Below, piece after piece: positions 19,699 to 27,124 of a stretch of 64,000 nucleotides of DNA. Both the position numbers and the translations under genes were made by a program. The stretch spans positions 1,879-65,878 of the forward strand of contig JBDRGQ010000006.1 of assembly GCA_043817685.1 (NCBI GenBank), read 5' to 3'. Within the stretch, counting starts at the first letter, position 1, and every line of letters begins with the position of its first letter. The notes under the pieces are model-generated. The model saw only the letters and a list, made by a program, of their open reading frames with translations. It did no database searches and had not been told where the DNA came from. This DNA is from a bacterium. GTDB lineage: Bacteria; Patescibacteriota; Minisyncoccia; Minisyncoccales; RBG-13-42-11.

Positions 19699-20351
19699 TT
19701 CTTACAAAATTCTTTTTCTAGTATTTGCATAAATTCAATTAAAACCGGGTCGTCTAAAACTTCTTTAGCTCTTCTTATCCATAAATCATGCTGAATTTTC
19801 CCGTGTTTTTTCCAATAAACTAGCCCTTGAAAAAGATTTATGGTTTTATCGGCTTGCTTAACAAATCTTCCTTCTCTGCTATGTCCATTTTCATAATCCA
19901 TCCAAAGATTTTTTATTTCTTTTTTGAGATCTATGGGTAATTTTGCGGTAAGTTTTTCAATTGCGTTTTTCTCTAATTTTTGTTTTAGTTTCTCCAATCT
20001 TTTTCTTTGTGCATTAGTAGGACGGGCCGGCTTAGGAATAGAATTCATTATTTCTTTAAGGGAAATCCTTCCTTTTTCTTTTAAATTAGCGGCGTCATAA
20101 GAAGTAAAATCAGGAGAATATATTTCGCATAGATCATGAATAAGAGCCATTTTAAGAGCCTTTTCCATGTTAAGTCTTTTCTTTCTCCCTAATATCCAAA
20201 CCAACATAGTAAGATGCAAAATGTGTTCTGCAGTTGTTTCTGCATTTTTTATCTTATGTATAACCCAACCTCTCCTTTTTTTACCTTTTAATTTTTCTAT
20301 TTCTAATAAGAAATTAAGTAAACTTTTCATGCCTTTATTTAAATTTAACAC
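19686..20351 (-). CDS. HD-domain phosphohydrolase (YfbR-like 5'-deoxynucleotidase family)
   Basis: RRGW...ETTAEHILH...LIHDLCE contains the H...HD...D metal-binding residues. Confidence 0.75.
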   Translation of the reverse strand: MLNLNKGMKSLLNFLLEIEKLKGKKRRGWVIHKIKNAETTAEHILHLTMLVWILGRKKRLNMEKALKMALIHDLCEIYSPDFTSYDAANLKEKGRISLKEIMNSIPKPARPTNAQRKRLEKLKQKLEKNAIEKLTAKLPIDLKKEIKNLWMDYENGHSREGRFVKQADKTINLFQGLVYWKKHGKIQHDLWIRRAKEVLDDPVLIEFMQILEKEFCKKCKK

Positions 20352-20364
20352 ATTGTTTCTAACT

Positions 20365-20388
20365 TAAAAAGAGGAGTTTCCTCCTCTT
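20365..20388 (-). terminator. intrinsic terminator after greA
   Basis: The minus strand reads AGAGGAG-GAAA-CUCCUCU followed by UUUUU (stem 20370-20376 / 20381-20387). Confidence 0.75.
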
Positions 20389-20408
20389 CTTAGGTTTTAT
20401 TAAAATTT

Positions 20409-20888
20409 TTAGGAAAGATTATATTTTATCTTTTTAATCTTATAAGTTGTCTTTATGGGTGAAGAAACGATTACTGCCTCTCCTGCCTGATGTCCCAATA
20501 AAGCTTTACCGACAGGAGATTCGTCAGAAATTTTACCTACAGCGGGATTAGCCTCTAAAGATCCCACTAAAGTAAATTCATCCTTTTGGCCATGTACATC
20601 TACTAATATTGTAGCCCCCAAGCCAATCTTTTTCTTTTCTTCTCCTTTGGGTGATTTAATCAATGTTGCATTCTTAAGTATATTGTCTATCTCAGATATT
20701 CTTGATTCTAAAAAGCTTATATCTTCCTGAAAGGCGAGGTATTCCGGGTTTGGGTCTTCAGACTCCAAAACCTTTGGAGATTCTTCTCCTTTTATCTTGG
20801 CTAATTTCAACTCAACTAAATCTTTACATTCTCTTTCCAATTTCTTAAGTCCTTCTTTAGTTAGATAAAACTTTTTTTCTTCTATCAT
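20409..20888 (-). CDS. greA: transcription elongation factor GreA
   Basis: MIEEKKFYLTKEGLKKLERECKDLV... and the C-terminal ISDESPVGKALLGHQAGE motif. The ORF track extends to a TTG at 20975. I prefer ATG 20888, which gives 159 aa, the normal GreA size. Confidence 0.85.
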   Translation of the reverse strand: MIEEKKFYLTKEGLKKLERECKDLVELKLAKIKGEESPKVLESEDPNPEYLAFQEDISFLESRISEIDNILKNATLIKSPKGEEKKKIGLGATILVDVHGQKDEFTLVGSLEANPAVGKISDESPVGKALLGHQAGEAVIVSSPIKTTYKIKKIKYNLS

Positions 20889-21080
20889 GCTTTTTAAAGC
20901 CCCCTTTTTAGGTAGGGGGCTAAATAATTTCTTATAGATTTTATTTAACTCCCTTTTAGCCAAACATTTTGCCAAAACCTAAAACAATAATTGAATAAGT
21001 CAATTTTGCTGTTAAGGATTGTCTGTTTAATTCTTGTATGTTTAGCTTTTCCATGACTATAGGTTCTATCACCATAGTCC

Positions 21081-21108
21081 ATTATAAGTCTCCAAAAAAT
21101 CCTGTCAA
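21081..21108 (-). promoter_or_regulatory. sigma70-type promoter for the greA leader
   Basis: On the minus strand: TTGACA (21108-21103), a 16-nt spacer, then TATAAT (21086-21081). Confidence 0.6.
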
Positions 21109-21122
21109 CTCCAAAAGCAACG

Positions 21123-21151
21123 TTGATAAAAAGTCTATTTTTTTGTATAGT
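21123..21151 (+). promoter_or_regulatory. sigma70-type promoter for tRNA-His
   Basis: TTGATA (21123-21128), a 17-nt spacer, then TATAGT (21146-21151). It sits 20 nt upstream of the tRNA. Confidence 0.55.
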
Positions 21152-21170
21152 ATAGCTGTTTAAGTATTAC

Positions 21171-21246
21171 GGTGAGCGTAGTGTAGTGGCCCAGCACAAG
21201 AGTTTGTGGAACTCTTAGGGGGAGTTCGAATCTCCTCGCTCACCCA
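21171..21246 (+). tRNA. tRNA-His (anticodon GTG)
   Basis: Cloverleaf with anticodon stem AGAGT/ACTCT and loop TTGTGGA. The extra 5' G(-1) pairs with C73 (GGTGAGCG...CGCTCACC). T-arm is GGAGTTCGAATCTCC. Confidence 0.92.
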
Positions 21247-21362
21247 TTTAAAAAGGTAAAGTTTTCCGTCTTAAAGCCAGTAATTTGTCGACGAGGACAA
21301 TGCGGGTTTTTGAGTTCCTTCCTGATATCCACATAGCCTCTCTAAATTCCCTTCCAGTAATT

Positions 21363-21410
21363 AAAAAGGCTTCTTCTGGCACTAATTAATTTGAAAGAAG
21401 CCTCTTTTTT
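21363..21410. terminator. bidirectional intrinsic terminator (tRNA-His unit / EndoQ gene)
   Basis: Stem AGGCTTCTTC (21367-21376) / GAAAGAAGCCT (21393-21403), flanked by an A-run (21363-21367) and a T-run (21405-21410). Confidence 0.65.
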
Positions 21411-22656
21411 AGAATAATGTTTTCTGGTTTGTAGAAGTTTTCTTTTCTCCCTCTGAAAAAACGCTTATTTTCCCGTAAACACCGTCGTACCCGGGAGATT
21501 TTACAACCTTACCTTCTCTAACCTTAATTATTCCTTCTGCTATTTCCGGACTGGTAATTGATTTTAAAACGCTTTCTTGGGATTCTAACAAAACTTCAAA
21601 TTCTGAACCAATACTGCTAATTAAATTATCGTATTCTTTTCCTACTTCTTTTGAAGCTGTCCCAACCCCTATGACATCTGCTATTATTTCATTCAAAGGC
21701 ACTAAACTTTTGAATGGAATACGATCTGGAGGGATAAAACCTTCCTCTCTATCAGCCAATTCTTCCACTCTGTTTAAAACTCCTATTGTCAAGGGTTTCC
21801 CGCAAACTGGACAAAGCCCTCCATATTTTTTAGTTTCTTTAGGGGACAATCTGACTTCACAATTCCTGTGTCCGTCAAAATGATACTTTCCTTCTTCCGG
21901 ATAAAATTCTATAGTGTATAGAAACTTTTTAGAATCTTTTGTTTTTAAAGCTTCTGTGATGGCTTGGTAGCTTAATTCTGTATTAAAAACATTTGCTTCC
22001 CTGCCTATTTTTTGAGGGGAGTGACTATCGCTGTTTGAAATAAGGGTTATTCTGTCCAAAAAAGATAATCTCCAATTCATGGCCGGATCGCTGGACAACC
22101 CGGTTTCCATAGCATAAATATCTTTAGAATATTCTTCAAAACATTCTTTTATAGAGTCAAACCCTGATTTAGACCCAAAGAGAGCAAACCAAGGGGTCCA
22201 AATATGGGCAGGAATAACCATGCAACTTGGGTCAGACTCAAGAACAATCTTGGCTAATTCTTTTGCGTCCAATCCCAAGATAGGCCTGCCGTCTGATTTT
22301 AAATTGCCAATCCAACCTAATTGAACATTTATTTTTTCTACTGCCTCAAAAGAAGGAGCAAAAACTATTATATGTATTTTTCTAACTTTATTATTCTTAG
22401 AATAAATGCAACTTATTTCAGCAGTTAAAAGGAAACGTGTTTCTTGATCGTCCTTTTTTAATTTAAACAATCCAGATTCCGCTGGTTCTAGCTTATCTTT
22501 TAAATTAGCTAACCATTCAGGATGAGTAAAATCTCCGGTTCCCATAACCTTTATTCCTTTTATTTTTGCCCATTTGTCCAAGTTTTCTAAGTCCATGTCT
22601 TTGGACGTGGCTCTGGAATATTTAGAATGTATATGAAAATCTGCTACAAACTTCAT
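21409..22656 (-). CDS. endonuclease Q (EndoQ) family protein with PHP-like N-domain and C-terminal zinc finger
   Basis: MKFVADFHIHSKYSRATS is the EndoQ/TIGR00375 signature N-terminus. A CxxC zinc motif follows (GLCPVCGKPLT). The ATG at 22656 overlaps the upstream stop in an ATGA arrangement, so the 15-codon extension in the ORF track is unlikely. Confidence 0.75.
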   Translation of the reverse strand: MKFVADFHIHSKYSRATSKDMDLENLDKWAKIKGIKVMGTGDFTHPEWLANLKDKLEPAESGLFKLKKDDQETRFLLTAEISCIYSKNNKVRKIHIIVFAPSFEAVEKINVQLGWIGNLKSDGRPILGLDAKELAKIVLESDPSCMVIPAHIWTPWFALFGSKSGFDSIKECFEEYSKDIYAMETGLSSDPAMNWRLSFLDRITLISNSDSHSPQKIGREANVFNTELSYQAITEALKTKDSKKFLYTIEFYPEEGKYHFDGHRNCEVRLSPKETKKYGGLCPVCGKPLTIGVLNRVEELADREEGFIPPDRIPFKSLVPLNEIIADVIGVGTASKEVGKEYDNLISSIGSEFEVLLESQESVLKSITSPEIAEGIIKVREGKVVKSPGYDGVYGKISVFSEGEKKTSTNQKTLF

Positions 22657-23795
22657 AAAATAAATTGAAGGGCTGCTCCCAAGATTAAGAATACCGCACA
22701 CAAGAAAAGTACTATTTTAGGAACGGTTATCGCATACTCCGGCTGATGATTTCCCAGCTCTTTTGCTTTTTTAAATAATAAAATAATTATTACACCCTCT
22801 ACGACACCGATTAGTGTCCCCAAAAACCCTATAACTTCAATAAATCCTCTCAGCCCTATTAAAAACAAGGCTATTGGCAAAAATGTTACTAGTGAATTGG
22901 CTAATAATTTTGGCATTTTCTGATCGTAAACCAAATTATTCTTCAGACAAAGGGCAATTATTAAAAAAGAATCTGCCAAGGTGATAAAAGCGGCTAAAGA
23001 ACCAATAAAAATTATCTCTGGACCCAAGAAAGGAATTAGTCCCTGAAAAACATCTACGGAAGTATCACTTCCGCTTATGCCCACAACAACAAAGGCGAAA
23101 AGAGCGTATAAAGAAATTATTATTGCAAAAGATAAAATAATAATTTTTTTGAGATTCTTTTTTTCTTCTGGCGTTTTTAAAACTGCTTCCGCTTCTGGAA
23201 TCGCCGCAAATCCAGCCAAAGAAAACAATATTACCCCATAGGGAAGTAAAATATTGGGAATTTCAACTAAAGAAAAATTATGAAGCTGTATTTTAGGAAA
23301 TCCTAAAATAAAGATAACGAAAATAATAATAAAAAAAACTACATTTGTAAAAATTTCTACCGGAGCTATTATCTTTACCCCTCTAAAAATAAAAGGGATT
23401 AATATCAAACCGAAGAATAAGCTGCAATAAAAAGGATCAACCGATATTTTAAAAGACAGCAGGATGCTTAAGAATTTTCCTCCCAAAATAATATAAGCCA
23501 ATAGAGCTCCTGTCAACCCTACAAAAACAGAAAAAGTAGTAAGTCTCCCATAATTTTTCCCTAAATATTTTCTGGCTAAGCCTGCCAATCTGCAATTTTC
23601 TTTCGTTCTTAAAAATATTTCTCCAAAAAATAAATTAAGAAGAAGCATTACCCCTCCCAAAACTAAAAAATAAAAAATAGCGAGGGCAGCTCCGCTTTTA
23701 GAAACAACATAAGGAATGCCAAAAATTCCCGCTCCTACTGTGCTTCCTATAAAAATAAATAAAGCGAAAACACTGTTTTTATTAAACCCTAACAT
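22653..23795 (-). CDS. amino acid permease (Trp/Tyr-permease-like family)
   Basis: 380 aa with about 11 TM segments. The N-terminal GSTVGAGIFGIPYVVSKSG motif is typical of amino-acid transporters. Confidence 0.55.
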   Translation of the reverse strand: MLGFNKNSVFALFIFIGSTVGAGIFGIPYVVSKSGAALAIFYFLVLGGVMLLLNLFFGEIFLRTKENCRLAGLARKYLGKNYGRLTTFSVFVGLTGALLAYIILGGKFLSILLSFKISVDPFYCSLFFGLILIPFIFRGVKIIAPVEIFTNVVFFIIIFVIFILGFPKIQLHNFSLVEIPNILLPYGVILFSLAGFAAIPEAEAVLKTPEEKKNLKKIIILSFAIIISLYALFAFVVVGISGSDTSVDVFQGLIPFLGPEIIFIGSLAAFITLADSFLIIALCLKNNLVYDQKMPKLLANSLVTFLPIALFLIGLRGFIEVIGFLGTLIGVVEGVIIILLFKKAKELGNHQPEYAITVPKIVLFLCAVFLILGAALQFIL

Positions 23796-23821
23796 TTTTC
23801 TAGTTCAGTATTTTAAATTAT

Positions 23822-24082
23822 TTACTCTAAATATACTTTGTATCCATCTCTAACCTTTTCTTTCACTTTCATTCCAACCTCGTCTCCTTTTTTGGCTTGT
23901 TCTATCTTCTTATGATCCACTTCCATGGAATCTACTTTTTGATCAAAGTCGGTGTTTTCCCCGCCTATTATCCTTATAGTCTCCCCGATTTTCAGCTTAT
24001 CAGACAGAGAAATAACAGCCACTCCGATATGATCAAAATAATGAATAATTTTTCCTATTTCTTTTAATTTTTTATCTGCCAT
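23822..24082 (-). CDS. translation elongation factor-like small beta-barrel protein (EF-Tu domain 2-like)
   Basis: The 86-aa sequence GKIIHYFDHIGVAVISLSDKLKIGETIRIIG...KKGDEVGMKV resembles stand-alone EF-Tu domain-II-like proteins. Confidence 0.55.
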   Translation of the reverse strand: MADKKLKEIGKIIHYFDHIGVAVISLSDKLKIGETIRIIGGENTDFDQKVDSMEVDHKKIEQAKKGDEVGMKVKEKVRDGYKVYLE

Positions 24083-24097
24083 ATTAAAAGCTTTGTT

Positions 24098-24658
24098 TTA
24101 AAGACGACCTTTTTCTTTTTTTATTAATTTTATTAATTGTTTAACCAATTCCTTAGGCTCTGTGGAAAAAACCATATTCATTTTCCCTCTGAAAGGACGC
24201 TTAACTATCTGTTTTATTTCATCTGCTATTCCGCCAGATCCAAGCATAATACCTATCGGTTTTTCATCTTCAAAAGCAATGGTAAATTCGTTCAAAGTTC
24301 CCATTCTTCCGCATATAATTATTACTCCGTCTGCCGCTCTGGTCATTAATAAGTTTCTACCAGCATATCCAAATCCAGTATAAATTATAACGTCAAAGGC
24401 ATCATGAGGAAGCCTGTATTTTTTTACATGAGCTATTTCTGTTGCCGCAGGAGAAAATCCTATAGATATTCCTTTAGCTGCTTTAACCCCAATAGCTGCA
24501 TAATGAGGTATGCCAGTAGTAGCTCCCGTAATCAAGATGCATCCCTGACGGACTATCTCTTTTCCAATTTCTTTAGCTAACTTTATTGCTGTCTTTGAAC
24601 AAACATGAGCTTCTGCCGCTCCGGCTACTGCTATTTTGAATTTATTTTTATATGCCAT
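24098..24658 (-). CDS. TIGR00725/LOG-like Rossmann-fold nucleotide-binding protein
   Basis: KIAVAGAAEA...ILITGATTGIPHYAAIG...GRMGTLNEF. I prefer the ATG at 24658 over the ORF-track start at 24676. Confidence 0.65.
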   Translation of the reverse strand: MAYKNKFKIAVAGAAEAHVCSKTAIKLAKEIGKEIVRQGCILITGATTGIPHYAAIGVKAAKGISIGFSPAATEIAHVKKYRLPHDAFDVIIYTGFGYAGRNLLMTRAADGVIIICGRMGTLNEFTIAFEDEKPIGIMLGSGGIADEIKQIVKRPFRGKMNMVFSTEPKELVKQLIKLIKKEKGRL

Positions 24659-24686
24659 ATATCTTAATTTTAACACATATTTCCAA

Positions 24687-24848
24687 CTAAAAAAGAGGCT
24701 TTTGGCCTCTGCTTTAGTGAGGAGGAAATAATTCCCAAAAAACTCGACTAAGTACCTAAGTCCAGTTGGACATTAACTAGGCGGCCGCTGTGGTCTCCTT
24801 TTTTAAAAATTATCTGTCCATTGGGTATAAAACCCGCACCTCCTCGCT
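24687..24848 (-). ncRNA. unidentified structured small RNA with its own promoter and intrinsic terminator
   Basis: Minus-strand promoter: TTGACA (24881-24876), 17 nt, TAAAAT (24858-24853). The 5' AGCGAGGAGG (24848-24839) pairs with CCUCCUCACU (24725-24716). Internal hairpins are present. The terminator stem is at 24694-24710 followed by a U-run (24693-24689). No ORF is present. Confidence 0.55.
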
Positions 24849-24852
24849 TAGT

Positions 24853-24881
24853 ATTTTAGCCAGAAAAAAATCTCCTGTCAA
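24853..24881 (-). promoter_or_regulatory. sigma70-type promoter of the candidate sRNA
   Basis: TTGACA, a 17-nt spacer, then TAAAAT on the minus strand. It begins 3 nt downstream of the methyltransferase stop codon (24884-24886), in the intergenic gap. Confidence 0.55.
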
Positions 24882-24883
24882 TC

Positions 24884-25579
24884 CTACAAAGAGTCTTCGG
24901 CAATGACTAAAATATTACTTTCCTTGCTCTTCAGCCGACCTACCATTTTCACATCCATAATTTTAAATCCAGCTTCCTTAATAAGCTTTATTAATTCTTT
25001 CTTTGAAAAATTATGAACATATCTTAATAATTTCTTTCCCCAAGGAATAAATGTATCTCCTTTATCAATCTTTTTGCCGCAAAATATTTTTAGAAATAAG
25101 AATCTAAAAAAAAGTTTAATGTTTTTGAAAATATTAAAATTCCATACACTTAGAATCAATATTCCTTCTGGCTTTAAAACCCTTCTGATTTCTTTTAAAA
25201 ACTTTAATCTTAACTCTTTTGAAGGAATATGGTGCAATACGGCTATGCTAAAAACCTTATCGAAAAAATCGGCAGGAAATGGTAAGTTTAAAGCATCCGC
25301 CACTTGGAATTTGAATTGAGGATATCTTTTTTTGGCTATTTCTATAAGTTTTTCTGAAAAATCAACTCCATAGTAATCTAAGGTTTTATCCTGGAATAGT
25401 TCATATAGTCTGCCGTTACCGCATCCTAAATCTAAAACTTTCTCGTTATCATTCACATATTTAGAAATAAATCCCATTTCCTTCCAAAACTTATTTCTGG
25501 TTCTGGAAAAGTCCTGGGAAATAAGATTGTAATTTTCCTTAGTTTCCTCTAATATTTTTTTAGCGTATTCTATATCCAT
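24884..25579 (-). CDS. class I SAM-dependent methyltransferase, Trm9/ALKBH8-MTase-like
   Basis: Shared motifs are FSRTRNKFW, VLDLGCGNGR (motif I), FSIAVLHHIPSKELRLKFLKEIRRVLKPEGILILSVW and DTFIPW. These match the characteristic Trm9 blocks (FSxTR..W, SIAVIHH...R..A..E..RVL.PGG...I.VWA, D.FVPW). True start is MDIEYAKK at 25579. The ORF-track extension to 25768 runs antisense through the Elp3 gene. Confidence 0.7.
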   Translation of the reverse strand: MDIEYAKKILEETKENYNLISQDFSRTRNKFWKEMGFISKYVNDNEKVLDLGCGNGRLYELFQDKTLDYYGVDFSEKLIEIAKKRYPQFKFQVADALNLPFPADFFDKVFSIAVLHHIPSKELRLKFLKEIRRVLKPEGILILSVWNFNIFKNIKLFFRFLFLKIFCGKKIDKGDTFIPWGKKLLRYVHNFSKKELIKLIKEAGFKIMDVKMVGRLKSKESNILVIAEDSL

Positions 25580-27124
25580 ATGAATATATCTGAAGCGATA
25601 ATTAAAGAATTGACTGAAAGGAGTTCTAAAAACCCAGAAGATTTGAATAAGGTAAAGAGATTTATATCTAAAAAATATAAAGCTCCTTGTCCTACAAATA
25701 TGTCTCTTCTTAAGAATTACCATGAATTGGTAAAAAAAAGAAAGATTAAAAAAAACTTCAGAATACAATTACTATTAAGAACCAGGCCAATCAGATCTTT
25801 ATCTGGTATTGTTAATATTTCTGTGTTAACCAAATCATATGATTGCCCTGGGAAATGCATCTTCTGTCCAACGGAAAAAAACTTACCTAAAAGCTATCTT
25901 TCTGGAGAACCGGCGGTAGAAAGAGCTAAAAAACTAAATTTTGATCCATATTTACAAGTCGAAAAAAGAATAGAGATGTTAAAGAACGAAGGGCACCCGA
26001 CCGACAAGATAGAATTAAGAACAATTGGAGGAACATGGAGCTATTATCCTAAAACATACAGAAATTGGTTTATAAAAAGATGTTTTGAAGCCTGCAACGA
26101 AAAGAAAAGCAAAAATTTAAAAGAAGCTCAGAAAGTAAATGAAACAGCAAAACACAGAATAGTGGGGTTCTCCATTGAAACCAGACCAGATTTTATAAAC
26201 AAAAAAGAGCTAAATCATTTAAGAGAGTTGGGGATAACAATGGTGGAATTGGGGATCCAATCAATATACGACGATGTTTTAGAACTAAACTTGAGAAGAC
26301 ACAATAGAAAAACAATAATTTCAGCGACTAAACTGTTAAAAGATTATGGATTTAAAATTCTTTATCAAATAATGCCAAACTTAGCTGGTTCTGTTTTGAA
26401 AAGGGACAAAGAAATGTTCAAAGAATTATTTGCCAATCAAGACTTTCAGCCAGATTTCCTGAAAATATATCCTTGCGCTCTAATTAAAGGAACTGCTTTG
26501 TATAAGTTATGGAAAAATAAAAAATACAGACCTTATGGGAAAAAACAATTAATATCTCTGGTAAAAGATATCAAGAAAATAATTCCTCCATACGTAAGGA
26601 TACAAAGGATAGCCAGAGATATTCCTGCTCATAGTATCGTTTCAGGCCCTGCCAGAATAACAAATCTGAGACAAATTCTGACAAACAGCATGAAAAAAGA
26701 AAATTGGAAGTGCGAATGTATAAGATGCAGAGAGGTAAGGGAAAAATATAATCCAAAAGAAAAACTTTATCTTTTTAGAAGTAACTATAAAGCCTCGAAG
26801 GGCAATGAAATCTTTTTAACTTTTGAGAATAAAGAAAAAGATAAATTATACAGTCTTTTGAGGCTAAGAATGACTGATAAAAATGAAGCTCTTATAAGGG
26901 AAGTGCATACATTTGGCCAACTCCAATCGATAGCTTTTAAAAAAGAAAATTCCCCTCAACACAAAGGATTAGGTAAAAAATTGATAAAAGAAGCTGAAAA
27001 AATAGCCAAGAAAGAATATAAGGCAAGAAAAATAACCGTTATCTCTGGAGTGGGAGTAAGAGGATATTATAAAAAACTAGGATATAGATTAAAAGATACC
27101 TATATGGTAAAAAATCTATCCTAA
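25580..27124 (+). CDS. elp3: Elp3-family radical SAM / GNAT enzyme (tRNA U34 cm5-type modification)
   Basis: RPIRSLSGIVNISVLTKSYDCPGKCIFCP cysteine cluster, SYLSGEPAVERAKKLNFDPYLQV, DKIELRTIGGTW, and a C-terminal GNAT region with HKGLGKKLIKEAE. Length is 514 aa. Confidence 0.85.
   Translation: MNISEAIIKELTERSSKNPEDLNKVKRFISKKYKAPCPTNMSLLKNYHELVKKRKIKKNFRIQLLLRTRPIRSLSGIVNISVLTKSYDCPGKCIFCPTEKNLPKSYLSGEPAVERAKKLNFDPYLQVEKRIEMLKNEGHPTDKIELRTIGGTWSYYPKTYRNWFIKRCFEACNEKKSKNLKEAQKVNETAKHRIVGFSIETRPDFINKKELNHLRELGITMVELGIQSIYDDVLELNLRRHNRKTIISATKLLKDYGFKILYQIMPNLAGSVLKRDKEMFKELFANQDFQPDFLKIYPCALIKGTALYKLWKNKKYRPYGKKQLISLVKDIKKIIPPYVRIQRIARDIPAHSIVSGPARITNLRQILTNSMKKENWKCECIRCREVREKYNPKEKLYLFRSNYKASKGNEIFLTFENKEKDKLYSLLRLRMTDKNEALIREVHTFGQLQSIAFKKENSPQHKGLGKKLIKEAEKIAKKEYKARKITVISGVGVRGYYKKLGYRLKDTYMVKNLS

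Noticed and set aside
20889-20975. 29-codon TTG-initiated N-terminal extension of greA.
   Set aside because: GreA homologues start close to the coiled-coil (M..K..LT.EG). The extension translates a GC hairpin and fits better as leader RNA.
21247-21362. Region 3' of tRNA-His as a possible integration (att) scar.
   Set aside because: No duplicated copy of the tRNA 3' end and no integrase gene is nearby. Only a generic terminator hairpin is present.
24687-24848. Tried to identify the orphan sRNA, and the 38536-38661 element, as SRP RNA, 6S RNA or RNase P RNA.
   Set aside because: There is no SRP domain IV signature (CAGG…GNRA…AGCA). The RNase P GAGGAAAGUCC motif is absent and the length is wrong. 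A 6S-like central bubble cannot be asserted by eye. Identity is left open.
25580-25768. 63-codon N-terminal extension of the methyltransferase ORF.
   Set aside because: The extension is antisense to the conserved Elp3 N-terminus and has junk-like composition (FFNLSFFYQFMVILKK…). The conserved MTase sequence begins at MDIEYAKK (25579).
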